NCBI GenBank assembly: GCA_050084515.1
Contig: CM114271.1
Coordinates: 49,910,001-49,974,000 of the forward strand
DNA length: 64,000 nt
Source of the DNA: Blasia pusilla
Taxonomy: Eukaryota
Reading direction: 5' to 3'
The translations under genes and the position numbers were made by a program. The notes beneath the pieces are model-generated. The model had not been told where the DNA came from and made no database searches. It saw nothing but the letters and a program-made list of their open reading frames with translations. Of this stretch, positions 12,901 to 26,459 are shown piece after piece; within the stretch, counting starts at the first letter, position 1, and every line of letters starts with the position of its first letter.

Positions 12901-14430
12901 GTGTCATCACAATCGTGTCTACACAACCAATTTCTTGTGGAGTAAAAGAGAAGGCCTTACCATGTCTCCTTAACATCTCCCGAAAGCTTTTCCTTTCAAT
13001 TTCTGTGAGAAACTCACCCCCTCCAATTTGCACACGATCAAGCGTCTCTTCTGTGAACTTATGTCCTATCTTCCTGACATCCCGCATACTTGGCTCCATT
13101 GATGCACGTTCTACTTGTCTCCCATAACCCTCTGGTAGTTGAGTAGCCATTGGTTTCACGTTCCAGGCCACCGTCTTGTATTTTGTCTGCACTTGTGCCT
13201 CCATAGGATGTTTGTCAGACTCAAACTCGTGCCCATCCGCTTCCTTCTCCGTAGATTCATATTCATTTTCTCCTTCCATGAACCTTGATATTTCTTCATG
13301 TAACTCACGCGAGTGAATTGTAATCACACTTGTATCCAGAAAATTGGTACTCATCTGGATAAACACCTCTTCAAGACTATCTCCAAAACCCTCTTCTTCA
13401 TACATCCCACTAATGAACTCTTCATCTAATAGAACACCCTCACATTTTAACAATCCATCTTTTTTTCTTCATAAAACGTCTTTTCTTTTGATTCATTTCT
13501 TTCATCATTTGGAATCTACTAGACCACAAAGAAAAACATTGAAAAAACCCACACCTAAACATATATGATTCTTCCCCCTCTACTAGCGGAATACTCTTTC
13601 TTTTCTTTGTACCCCCATATTCCTGCTCTACAAGAGTGCTAACTAAAAATCCGAAAACTCTTTCTCTACCTTCATAGGACCTTCTCTCAACTTCTCTCTA
13701 TTCCTTTCATGACCTACTCTTACACTAAGGAATTGAATTGATCTCGTTCCATCCTGACTTTTGATACGTGCATAATGAGACCCATCATCCATGACTTTGG
13801 TCTCCATTCTAGATGTTGTGATGTAAGGTTGCCCAAGAATTACAGGATAAGCAACTCCATTCAGAAAAAAGAAAAATTTCTCAATTAACACATCTCCGAT
13901 ACAAGTTTTGACAGTTGGACAAACACCGTAGAGTTTGCATTTTTGGTTGTTAGCCGCACGTAGTACCCATCCATGCCTGGTATCAATTGGCCACATCCCT
14001 TTGTCGTATACACTTCACGACATGATGTTGATCTCCGAACCATGATCAACGAGAGCCAAAACTAACTCTTGGAGAGAGCCGAGTCGAAATCTAACCTCCG
14101 TCGTTGCACGCGCCCAATATGACCAAGAATAGTGTCCACCATTGTGCCTTTCTTCACCTTGATATGTCAAGGCTTCTCCTAGTCTCGCCTCTTCTCCTTG
14201 TAAGTCAAGCTTTTGTCCAAAAACTTGACAAAGATCTTCATCTTCTTCTTCTATGATGTCAGTATCCAATGCCCTCACCATCACCATATCTGCAGTCATC
14301 TGCCTTTTTCTTTTCATCACATCTATGATCAACTCATGAAAATCACGTTTGGCTTTGCCCAAGACTTCCCTAAAAAAAAACTCTATTTTTGCCTCCAAAA
14401 TCCTCCCCTCAAGAATCTCCTTTAAATTCT
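9955..14430 (-). mobile_element. Ty3/Gypsy family B: gag end, protease, RT, RNase H, integrase, PPT and truncated 3' LTR
   Basis: ALVDHGSEINIM (protease); DLHSGYDQ, LPQGATNS and FVDD (RT); VDTSPIAIG (RNase H); HNSLWVGHTG and WVIDLV (integrase); WFGPY. PPT at about 10142-10153; the LTR starts at 10141. Many stops and frameshifts. Confidence 0.93.
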
Positions 14431-16399
14431 TGCTTGGGCTTAGATAACTCCTACTATCATGGTTTTTGGAACTTCAAGAATTGCTTCAATTGTTCCTATG
14501 CTCCCTCTTAAGGCGGAAATGGTGCAACGAAGCAACAATCAAGTTGTACTAGGTAGTTTGCAAATGCAATAGTTGATGCAGCAACAACAATAATTGCAAG
14601 AATAACATACTGCGAGGCAAACTATACAATCTCAGATATGGGAGGGCTCTTTTGTAGGCTATTCTCAACAAACACATGAGCATCATCAACAGCTACAAGA
14701 GAAACAACAATTAACACAACTTCAGCAACATTTACAACAGTATTAGCAGCAGCACTTGATGCAACAACAACAAAAGCAAGTTGCAAGGCAAAGTATGCAA
14801 TCTCAGAAATGGGAGGGCTCTTTTGTAGGCTCTTCTCAACAAACACAACAACATCATCAACAGTTATAAAAACAACAATCATTAACACAATATTAGCAAC
14901 ACTTACAATAGCATTAGCAATAGGTAAAGATTTTACAACAAAAGCAACATTAATTACAGCAACAACAGCACAAGAAGCTATAATAGCAACAACAACAACT
15001 TTTACTTCGGCAGAAGTTCATGCAATAATAACAACAACAACTTTTACTTCAGCTGTAGGAATAGTAATTGTTGCAACAATAGTAGCAAAAGATTTTATGA
15101 CCAACGCAACATCAATTACAGGAGCAGATGATGCAACAATAGCAGGAGCTGTTACAATAGCAACAACAACAACTTTCACTTCAGCAACATGAACAGATGT
15201 TGCTGCAGCAGCAGCAACTTGTACAACCAAAAGCAGTATTAATTACAACAGTAGCTGATGGAACACTAAAACAACAAATGCAACAACAACAGGAGTAGCT
15301 ATAGCAGTAGCAAAAAAAACTTTTATTTCAGCAATATGAACAGTAGTTGTTGCAGTAGGAGCAACAACAACATCAACAGCAAAAGATGCAATTACAACAG
15401 ATATTTGATCAACAGTTTGGGCATGAGCTCTTTGATTAAACTAACACACACCAAGTAGTCATTAATTGAGTGTTGCGACTAGCTTCATCATATCTCGTTG
15501 TGGCAGTTTGATTCTATGAAATTAAATGATCACAATGAGAGTTGTCGAAAGCCAAGGAGAGCAGCGATGTCTCAATTTCTATCATGAGCACAACTAATGA
15601 ATCTCAAGCAAAGTGGACGCGGCTTGCAACACTCCTCCACTTGATTTACCACACCCGAAGTAGACAAAAAGGGCGGATGCAACTTAAGCACTTAACCTTC
15701 TTAAGCTTACCGCACCCTGAGAAGACGGCAATGGACCTCGCAGCTCAAGCAATCAAGCAGTTAGGCAGAAATGTACTCTCAACTTCTCCTTCCCATCTCG
15801 CTTCCCTCTCTCTTCGCCTTGTTGCACCTTCGTCTCCGCCTTGCTCTCTTCACCTTTGCATTATCCATCACACGTCTCTTACGCCCTAGATCGCCTGACC
15901 CTCGTACCAAGTACTGACCCCTCTCGCTCATACTCCCTTGCTCACACTCCATTGCTCATTTCCCCCCCAATCGGTAGCTAGACCCTTCTTTGGTCGTGCT
16001 CCATGAGCATGCCATGTCATATGCCACACAGGTTAATCAAATTTTGGAAGCCCTATTTTTCTCATTTTTTTTCATCTAAGTTCATGTGTACCTTATTTCT
16101 ACTTAGTTTATGACTTCACATGTTTAGTCATTTTTCATTCCTCACACAAGTGAATCATATAAATTTTTAGTATGACTACATAGAAGACCGACTAGTTACT
16201 AAGTCATTTCAAATATGACTATGCCATATCCTAAGATTTCTCTATGACTCAGTCATAATTTTATATGACTACAACTTAACTATTATATGGGGTGATAGGA
16301 CTGCTATCTGACTAGCAGACATTCTAGTCATATGTTTGAGTCATGAAGAACCTCAGTCATTCTAGTACTTGTAAAAAAAACCACTATTTTCTTCTAGTG
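14430..16399. mobile_element. CACTA (En/Spm) element fragment with one intact terminus and a CAA/GCA-rich low-complexity interior
   Basis: Terminus ...TTTTCTTCTAGTG at 16399 (CACTAGAAGAAAA on the minus strand). Dense subterminal AGTCAT/ATGACT motifs at 16100-16360. About 170-bp duplication at 14610/14780. The left boundary is inferred. Confidence 0.6.
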
Positions 16400-17790
16400 A
16401 TTAGATTATGATACCTTTGCAGTAAAAGTAGAGGCGCCTATTGTATCTATAGTTAAAAGTAAATCATTACAATTTCCTCGAGAAGTGATGCTACAAGGGG
16501 GAGAGACTATCCGTCATTTGACTGGATGGGATGATCCAGTGGAAGTTGGGTGAGTTAAAGTATACCTAGCACAAGAGAAACATGTGAGTTGGCAAGATGC
16601 TAGTGTGGAGGAGAAGAGGAGACGCGACAATGATGGTGTTGATTTTGAGGAAGCTGCAAGAAGAGCGAGGACCGCAAAAAGGAAAGGGTAACCAGAGGCG
16701 CAACCATCAAGAGAAGAAGGGTCTTCTACATCTCAATCTATGATGGATTCTCATATGAAACAAGGTTGGATGAAGGAGAAAGAATTGAGGTCTTCTAAGA
16801 AGACCAAGAGTAAGACTCTTACATACAAGTTGCAGTATGATATAGAGACAAGCACGAATTTGAAGCAGATTCTTGAAGAGAGGATTTTGGATGCGAAAAT
16901 AGAGTTGGGCATAACCAAACGTGACTTTCATGAGTTGATCATAGATGTGATGAAAAGGAAAAGGCGAATGAGTGCAGATATGGTGATGGTGAAGGCATTA
17001 GATATTGACATCACAAAAGAAGAAGATGAAGAGCTTTGTCAAGTTTTCGGACAAAAGCTTGACTTACAGGAAGAAGAGGCGAGAGTAGGAGAAGCCTTGA
17101 TATAGCAAGGTGAAGAAAGGCATAATGGTGGACACTATTATCGATTATATTGGGCGCGTGCAACAACGGAGGCTAAAGTTCGACTTGGCTATCTCCAAGA
17201 GTCAATTTTGGCTCTTGTTGATCATGGTTCGGAGATCAACATCATGTTGCGAAGTGTATACGACAAAGGGATGTGGCCAATTGATACTAGGTATGGATGG
17301 GTACTACGTGCAGCTAACAACCAAAAAGGTGAATACTACGGTGCTTGTCCAACTATCAAAATTGGTATCGGAGATGTGTTGATTGAGCGAAATTTCTTTA
17401 TTCAAAATGGAGTTGCTTATCCTGTGATTCTTGGGCAACCTTACATCACAACATCTAGAATAAAGACCAAAGTCATGGATGGTGGATCTCATTATGCCCG
17501 TATCAGAAGTCAGGATAGAACGAGATCAGTTCAATTCCTTACTGTACAGGTAGGTCGTGAAAGGAATAGGAAGAAGTTGAAAGATGGTCCGATAAAGGTA
17601 GAGGAAGAGTTTTCGGATTTTTAGTTAGCACTCTTGTAGAGCAGGAATAAGGGGTGCAGAGAAAAGAAAGAGTCTTCTACTAGTTGAGGGGGAAGAATCA
17701 TATATGTTTAGGTGTGGGCTTTCTCAATGTTTTTCTTCGTGGTCTAGTAGATTCCAAATTATGAAAGAAATGAGTGAGAAGAAAAGAATG
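16400..17790 (+). mobile_element. Second copy of Gypsy family B (gag end and protease), inverted relative to 13480-14430
   Basis: ORFs 16740-17105 and 17208-17624 closely match 14015-14398 and 13643-13996. Both end in EFSDF*. Confidence 0.92.
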
Positions 17791-18920
17791 TGGAAAAGTG
17801 CTAAAAAAGCATAACTGGTGGGAAATGGTGGTCACACTCACACACCACTATGGAGAACGAAATTTGCAATGAGAGAATGAGTGGAGGTTGATTCCCTTCT
17901 CAATTATATAGGATATGTACAAGTAGCCCTAATCCTAACCTTAACCATAGTCTCGAGTTAGAGTAATTATGATTAACTAACCCTAGTTAAGATAATCGCA
18001 CTTAACTGACTAACCAAGAATAAGCTTCCCTACTTCGTCTGAGTATCAAATGTAGCAATTCAAGTGTCTCATGAGCTTGACTGTAACTCAATCTTCAATA
18101 CTCCCCCTCAAGCTCATCTCGATATCTCTAACGTATAAATCATTTCTAAACATCTCAAACTTATCTCTAGACAATGCCTTTGTAAAGATTGTTAGCAATT
18201 TTCTGATCTGTACATATATACATAGGATATATTTCTCTTGCAAGCACTTTCTCTCTGATTAAAATGATCGTGCACCTCAACATATTTTATACGAGCATGA
18301 AACACAGGGTTATTAGTAAGCTTGATGCTACTAATATTGTCTGTATATATTATAGTAAGTCCTAAGTTACTAACACCAATCTCAACAAGTAATCGATGAA
18401 GCCACACCGCCTCACATGCTGCATTAGTTGCTCTTCTGTACTCAACCTCTGTTGAAGATATAGCAACTGTAGGTTGCTTCTTTGAAGCCCAACTTATACC
18501 TGCGCTTCCCAAAGTAAATGAATAACCACATGTGGAGTGTTGATCAGACACGTTTCCTATCTAATCGGCATCTCTGAATCCCTGTAATTGAAAAATCGGA
18601 GAAGATTCAAATTGAAGCCCGAATTGAATAGAGAATTTCCCATACCGCATAATCCTCCTCACACCATCAAGGTGAGGTTTTTGAGGTGCTTGCATAAATT
18701 GGCTCACTAGGCGAGCTACATAGCTCAAATGTGGTCTGGTTATAGTAAGATAGATCAAACTTCCAACCATACGCCTGTACATATTAGAATCTACAAGCAA
18801 CTTTCCTTCATCCACTCTTAGCTTCATAATCTAATCCAAGGGTGTAGAGATTAGCTTACAAGCCGTCATATTATATTTTGAAAGCATATAAAGAGCATAT
18901 TGTTGTTGTAGTAACCACAT
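17790..18920 (-). mobile_element. Ty1/Copia remnant: RT end, RNase H, PPT and LTR
   Basis: YRRMVGSLIYLTITRP, GFRDAD, ISWASKKQPTVAISSTEVEY, YTDNISSI, NPVFHARIKY. PPT TTGAGGGGGAG at 18101-18111, then the LTR from 18100. Confidence 0.92.
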
Positions 18921-19285
18921 GCAGGCTTGAGGTGTATGTTGTGCGGATCTACGAGGGGTGTAGCCACAATGTTGGTATGTGATGGTTGGTCTCGAGGGTG
19001 GCATATGTCATATCTGACCCCCCCTCTTGATGTTTCCACAGGACGATGGATGTGTCCAAGATATGTATAGGATAGTAGATCATGTCAGAGAGATGTGATA
19101 TTTTCTATCTGGAGTTAAGGGGGATCCAACTTCCAGCTAGGGGGCCGGTTGTGTGATCTCCATATAGATGTATGAGTTGATTTTTGTACATGTGTAGATC
19201 TACCCGTGCGTGGGGAAGATCGGTGTTATGTGGTGTGGATATGACCAGCGATGTATGTTGTGTAGCGATGTGTATGCGCATGACA
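18921..19285 (+). mobile_element. 3' end of a PHD-Gypsy element: PHD-finger remnant plus partial LTR
   Basis: AGLRCMLCGSTRGVATMLVCDGWSRGWHMSYLTPPLDV..GRWMCPRY (18921-19064) is homologous to 49959-50093. The LTR ends ...GCGCATGACA at 19285. Confidence 0.85.
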
Positions 19286-21453
19286 CTGATGACAAGATCA
19301 CTTGCCTTTTAGGTGAGACTTCAATTCACTTCTATTCATGCATTTGAAGTTACTCAAATGTCAACTATTATTGAGAATACATCTATTTTTAATGTACGTG
19401 TGCAGGTTTTTTTTCAATCACTAGTCAGGATAACAAAAAGTTTTCAAAATAGCTATTCTCATTTCTAGTTATCGGTTTTCTAGTGTTGGGTTTTCTTGAA
19501 CTTTGTGATCAAGTTACACCTGATTTTGGACATCCAGTGCTGTAGATTTGATCATACTATATCCCACACTAATTTATTTCAGACCAACAATTTCCATTCA
19601 TAGTTACAAGAAAGTTCTTTGCAATTTGCTTGTTCCACATTAGCTTCAATATTCTCTTAAGTTTCACTGCATTTCAACTTTCAATGGTTCATCTAGTCAT
19701 CTTCATTTTCTACTAATATGTCTACATATCTTTATTTTTGTTTCACTTTCTTTCATTCTAATCTACACCTACGTTTCATTTCTATGTTCCATTTATACTA
19801 TTTCTCCTTTGGTCTACTCGGCAACCTGAAAAGTATGCTTCACATGTCTAGTATGCATGTACTTAATTTTCACTTACTACTTTTTCATTCTTACATTTTC
19901 TACTTGCTGAGAGTTAATTTCAAATGACAGTTTTCAATGAATTCTCATCCTAAACTTTTCTGATTTTTGAAGTTCAATACTAACTCTACTAAATAAATTC
20001 AATTTGCACAGTCTGGGCCACGCTTGCGTCGTCGTGAACCATTCCATCATGAAAAAAATTCATCGCATGCATCTCACCACAACAACGACAACAACCAGGA
20101 TTTTAACATCCACGTGAATCACAGCCATGTGAACACTACTCAGGAAGACCAGGTTCCATCTACTCCGAGATGGGACATAGATTCATTCCAGGCTACATAG
20201 GATAGACTTCTTACTATGTCTACAGAGATTGCAAAGTTAAATGGCCTTCTCAATTCATCTCTTAGGGGCAACTAGCTGCACGTTAATGAGACTCCTTTGA
20301 AAAATCAGCTCCGGGATGCAAAGGACCAAGTTGGTGGACTTGCAAGGAATCTTGGTCCTCTACTCAATGATAATCTTGCACTTGCTCTTCAGCTTAGCAT
20401 TCTTCAGTCAATGCTGAGGGAGTATAGGGAAAAGTTCAAAAGTTAATGTAGCATTACATAACAACATTTATATTACTACATTTCTACACCATTTTTGTTT
20501 CTGTAGGCTTTCAACATTTCAGGTTCTGTGCCATTCTGAGTTGATTGATAAACTTCATTCAAATGAACTCTACCTTTACTTTCAATAATACTCAAGATTT
20601 GCATCTCACTAATCAGTATTTTCTGTCACATGTACCTCAATTGTCTAAATTTTCATTTTACTTCAACTTCTTTAATATGAGCCATGATCACCTACAATGC
20701 ACATTGCACCTATTTCAATTTCTAAATCTTTTTCATGTTTACACACAATCTTTCCATTAATCTTTTTTTGTTCACATCTCAAGCTTACCACCTGCATTTA
20801 CAATTAGAATACCAAAACTTCCTTTCCTGCTTAAAAACACAACATAGTTGTTTCTCAAATATACCTCTTAAATACTGACATCTCCTTATCATCTGCAATC
20901 TCAATGCACACCTTTTTTATCCTATCCATACTACTTCATGTTTGATTCTTGGCCTAGGCATTAAAATATTGTCTTATCATCTACTAAAATTTTCAAGACC
21001 CACTAAAGTAAGGCTAACAACAAACTTGATGCCAAATTTATGTCTCATCGTAGGTATTCACTAATAAGTCTTATTCACTCTCTACTACAACTATATAAAG
21101 GTACAAATTCACACATTGTCATTTCTCTTCAAATCTTTACTACATTTTTTCTTTCAATCTAGTCACTTCCTCTCATCCCACTAGTTGAAAGTAAACCAAC
21201 ACTAAGCTGATAAATTTATTTTATACCATTACTCAATCACACCGAATTCAGAGTGTTTTTTCACCCCAACTATTCACACTATGTAGGCACTATGTATTCA
21301 ACTATTCATACTTGTTTTTCTTTTCTTATTCACTCCCACAAATTTTTTTCCCCTTCCCCATTATGGCTTGTCCAAACATTTTCTTGCTACCTAATCGTTA
21401 CTTGTCAAGCATAGAGATGTTAGCACATCAAGAAGGCACTCCACTAAGAATAA

Positions 21454-21700
21454 CTAGTAAGGTGCTTGTGTGATGCACGGGAAATAAAAATATGTTTGAA
21501 GAGCTAGTGTATAGCCTGTGAAGGAAGAAATTAATGATGTTCCACATAAATTCAAAATTTTTCTCGTTGACCGTAGTATGTGAAATGTTTTCTCGCTACG
21601 CCATTATCACGTACGATGCAAGAGCAATAAAAAAGTGTTTGAAGAGCTAATGTATAACATGTGAAGTATTTTCTTGCTGCCCCGTGTCAAACAAAGAGGT
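21454..21700 (-). mobile_element. Helitron 3' terminus (degenerate)
   Basis: Minus strand CCCGTGCATCACACAAGCACCTTACTAG|T: a degenerate hairpin followed by CTAG. Shares a GGGCAGCAAGAAAAT motif with 26460-26520. Confidence 0.55.
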
Positions 21701-22535
21701 GTTTACATATCCATATCAAGAAGACACTCACCAAAATAATATCGATAGGGTGCAAAATCCCTTTTGGCAGATCAAATGTGCAACAAAATACCTTCACCAG
21801 ATCGAGCGTGCAACAACGAATTTGCTTGCGAAACATAGGCCTTCCTTTTAAGAGGCCTTCCTTTAACAGCTATAGCGCTATCACTGGTCCTGCCGGTAGG
21901 AAGCAAATCCTGCCGGCAGGATTTGCGTTGTTGCACGTACATGCCGCATGCCTACACGAGAGTCAATCCAAGCTTTCACACAAACACTTTGTGAGACAAG
22001 AATTTAACGGTGCTGCGTCATTCCTGCTCAACTGTTTCTAGATCACGACATTTGGAGTTTGCTGCTGTCACTCTAGCGGATGCAATCAGCCAATATGAAA
22101 CATCTGTATTAGACAGCCAATATGAAACATCTGTATTAGAGAGTACATCCTGTTTTTCTGAAAAATTCTGAAACTAAACTGACTTTTTGGATCAGCATTT
22201 CGTCTACAGATTTGAGCCAAGAGCTTTTGAGTCGTGGAGAAAGTGCCCGATCTTATGTACAATGAACAAGACGAAGAAGCAGGTCTGTCCGATGCAGCGA
22301 CGTTGAATTTGATGCCAATGGATCCATCTCGAGAAGCGTCTAACAAATTTTCTGCTTAGACATTAGAGCGTGCTGAAGAATTCAGATTCGTGGAACACTC
22401 AATCGATTACACACATTGTAAGGATATGATGACAGAGGGAGGCTTGCCTTGTGAGGAAGAAAGCTTCCACTTGCCACCATGGATGAGATCCTGCTCATTT
22501 TCCATCCCGGAGAAGCCTTGAGATAGAAGAGTTGC

Positions 22536-24473
22536 TCAAATAAGACCCAAACTAACAATTCTAGCCAACCCTTTTATCACTTTTGATCCCGATGTCAATC
22601 CTGGAACACTGTCTCCACCAACACCACCACCGGACCCTGACATGATCGACGCTAAATCAGCAGCATTACCAATAAGAGAAGAATAATCTACCCCTTTATG
22701 CTTGTTCTCGTGGATCGTGTTCCGCATCTCAGCCTGTTGTCGCTGATTTTCCAGATGCATTGCGGCGAGAACAGCTGAATTCTGCTGTGCATGCGCATTG
22801 AAGCTAGCTGCGGCAGAATAGTTCGGTGGAGCTCCGGGCATGTAGTATGGCGGTGGTTGACCAACGGCATGAAGATAGGGCGGTGGAGCATTGCCAGGTG
22901 GGGGCGGTTGATGGTATCCCTGTGCTTGATAAACAGGATCGAAGTGTGGCTGCTGATGTTGTGGGAGTCCTTGGTAACTATGAGCAGAGGGTGGGTATTG
23001 CTGGTGTGATGAGCCTTCATGAGAAGATGGCGGGGGATAGTGGTATCCCTGTGGAGCTTGCTGCGGATTGGGAGGATAGGAATCCTGATTGAAGTGTCCT
23101 GGAACAGTTGGTCGGGGGGTACTGCGGCTGGGTTTGATAGTTTTCGGGTGCTGCAGTTTGTTTTTGGAGATGGTGATGCGGAGGCTGTGGCTGATGGTAT
23201 CCCGGTACAGGTTGGTGGGGAGGGTAGGAATACTGTGGCTGCTGGGGTCCCGGTGCAGCAAAGGGGGGATTGGAACTCGTTTGCTGAGGAGCAGTAGGAT
23301 TCGAACCATGGGAAGTCGGAGGTAAGGATCGTGATTGTGTTGGTGGACCGTGCACCGGGTAGCTCTGCTGCAGATTGCGGGGAGCCGTCTGCTTCAGTCG
23401 GTCTTGGGAAGATCTCCCCATGGCGCTCGATGGCGCTCCTGGAACCCCTGTGGACGCTTCCCGTGTCGATTCCTGTTGTCGAGATGATTCCCACGAGTTG
23501 TACAAGGGCGCAGGTGGTGGAGTATTCACGTTGAAGCTGACAGGAGGGGCCATAGTATGTCTTGTGGAGTTGCTCTTCCAGACATGAGATCCACCAGACA
23601 CATCTGCCCCTCGATTTGAGTCGGTGCTGTGGTGAGGAGCACTGTTGGTTCTTCCCGACCCAATGAAATCTTCTCTGATAGTTTGGGATACTGGTCGACG
23701 GCCATTACCTTCCGCACTTGGGGTGGTTCAACTCTCGTGTAGCTGCGTTGCTTCTCCTCTGGTACATTGTGGTGGCATATCAGACACACAGTTCGTGCCG
23801 GGTTTTTCGTTTTCTGGAATGCTGGCCCACGGATAGGACTCATTCCGCAATGGAGACAACACAAGATCTTGAGATGAAACACGTGGGGTGACACCTCTGA
23901 TGTTTCACTCATGATGAAATCTCCCGGTTTTACTGAACCGTTCTGGAGATTCTCATCGTGACAAAATGCGCATAGATTATGATCAGAATTCTTCAACGAC
24001 ATGAAACGCGGGCCACGAATCGGAATTCCCATGCAGTCGGCGCACTTGGTGTTGAAGTTGTAAACCTCCTCGTATTTCTTGCAGATTGACTTGACCATGA
24101 GTTTCTCGATTAACTCGTAGTCCTCCGTTCTATCGCTCCGGGTCTGAGTTCTAGCATAGCATCCCTCACATAAGTCGTAATCCTCTCGTATCTTATGGTG
24201 GTACAGTTTCCCTCGAATCGGAGCCGCTCCACACTCACCACATTCGATCAAATGAATCTGGTAAGGCCTCGATGTGGGATGCCTTTCCAACTTCACAAAG
24301 TCAGAATAGTTTGGATCCGCTTCCTCACGACGATAACACATTGCACATAAATCATAATTAGGGCGCCTTGTGCATTGGTAGCGATAGCCGTTGATTGGAG
24401 ATACACTGCACTAGTCACACTGGACACCTGCGTGCACCCAGGGCAAGCCGATGCTGTCCCCGAATGTGCCCAT
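22536..24473 (-). pseudogene. Disrupted paralog of the 4xZZ zinc-finger / Pro-Gln-rich gene
   Basis: ATG at 24473 (MGTFGDSIGLPWVHAGVQCD*CSVSPING) aligns with the start of the intact paralog. In-frame TAG at codon 21 (24413-24411). Two frame changes (about 23620 and 23115) link ORFs 23526-24341, 23017-23601 and 22536-23309. Confidence 0.85.
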
Positions 24474-26459
24474 GCTCCTCGAAAACTCGGTGGACCAAAA
24501 CTTCTAGAGAAACTCACCGCTGAAGCAGTACTGCTCTTGTTCCTAGCCTCCCTCTGACTGAATTCTACTCGACGCTCCAAAATCTGTCTGCTCCTATCTA
24601 GATTCGCTACCACTGCTATTGATCTGAATAATTGGTACGTGTAGGCTTATGAATTTATCCGAACTCCTACAGTACAGAACCGCAGCTCTAATGGATCAAC
24701 ACTTGAACGCCAGCGATGCTGAAATTGATCGTCTCTATCAACGAATCCACTACTTTCAAATAAATCTCCTGAAAAATTTCGTCTATTTCAAATTTCCCTG
24801 TTTTGACCAGCAGCTATCGGACAGGGGCCTCAGACATTTCCTCAGCTATGCAATGCATCATAGGTATAAAACATATATGTGTCGAATTGCTGAAGGTCTT
24901 CTGGAAAGTTTTCCTTTGCTGGAGGTCGATTTGTGGGTCCACCAGGGGTTCTACAGATCTGGTCTCGCCGGAAGCGTGGAACTAGGAGTTGACCCAGCTA
25001 CACTGCTGCCTGTAAAGCTTGAGAGTTTCGCATCAATGATGTAGAGAGAAACCTGCAAATACTAGGTGAACTGCTACAGTCGTCGTCAGTGGACTTGGCG
25101 AAGTTCTTGAGAGTACGAGGAGACTTCCTAGTGGGGAGCGGTGCGATCTCTTGTCGTCCCGCTCGAGACGGATTGGCGAGGAAGGTGCTACTGATCTCTA
25201 ACATGCGGGCCCCGCTCAACTCTGGTATTCAGTGTCCAGCGACCTTGCGTCCATGGGAACGGGCGTTGACATTGGAACTGGTCCAGCGGACAGATCCAGT
25301 GATTGATTCCGAACTCGAACCTAGATTTAGATTTTGAGTTTAAAGCGTTTTACTCTCCATTGGACTTCAGATTTCTGCATTTTAGGTTTCGCCGGGCAAG
25401 TCACACCTTAAAAGGATGTTGTCAGGAGCAGTGAATTCACGACTTCCGCTCATAACTATAGATACCTAGGTTGATTGATGGTGTCGAAAGGGTGTAAAGA
25501 TAGACCGTTATTCGAAATCCTCGCCACGAAGACCCCTGATTCAATCTGCGGTGAAGTCGGGACTCGGGTGTGTTTAACTGGGGAAGTCAGGACTAGGGGA
25601 GGACTACCTCGATAGTTTGGCAACTGCATTCTTTCGATCAACAATGTGAAAGTGGATTCGGGTTGTGCTTGGGGGAAGCAAATGTGCCTCTGCTATAATC
25701 GTGTCTACCGAACTGTGCCAGACCGTTCACACATGTAGTACCGAGCACTCTTTGAACTCAATCCGTGTGCGAAGGGTGCTTTCCAGATCAGAGCCTCCGG
25801 AGTCGGCGTAGGATCTATATCCCGAACAACCTGAAACAGTCGCTGGCGCAACAAAACAATATATTTGAAGTGGAAACTTCCGAAAGCGTGGAACACCATC
25901 CTCATCGGCTCCACCGTCATGAGCACGATCGCACTTAATGCACGATGGCCCTATGGATTCTCAGGGGACACACATACCTTAATTCTGCGAGATTCTTAAG
26001 ATTACGCACGGGGGTAAATGGCCAAAGCGGTACCATGAACGTTCTATTTTCAGATCTGCCTTCCCTTAATCACCCTAGCTAGTTCTAAAATGCCAAGATG
26101 TGGAAAAGTTCATGATTTGATAACCCCGCAGGAGGATTGGCACGAGTGTAGATGCAGGAGACATAACCAAGCCCAAAAGCTTGCAAGGTAGCGTCGCATG
26201 TTTGGGTTTAGTAAGAAATAATCTTTTTTATAAAATAAACTAGAAAATATATGTTTTTATTTGAATATTAGTGGTAACAAATCTAAATACTATAAGTTCA
26301 TCAGTTTTCAATTCATCGGGGAAAGATGATATTCTTGTTTCCTTTTCTAATCCCCATCTCTCAATTAAGAAAATAAAAGTTTTTTTTTATCAAATTTTTT
26401 GAAGATCTATATTATTATTGGAGATTGTCTTTTTGATTTGCAAACACGTCTTTGGTTGA

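Noticed and set aside
14622-15230. Thr/Ala- or Val-rich ORFs as real genes
   Set aside because: By-products of CAA/GCA low-complexity sequence.
20010-20445. Coiled-coil-like ORF remnant
   Set aside because: Interrupted by stops, with no recognisable family.
22688-23587. Alternative-frame and antisense ORFs over the ZZ genes (also 55804-57566)
   Set aside because: Shadow ORFs of GC-rich low-complexity coding sequence.
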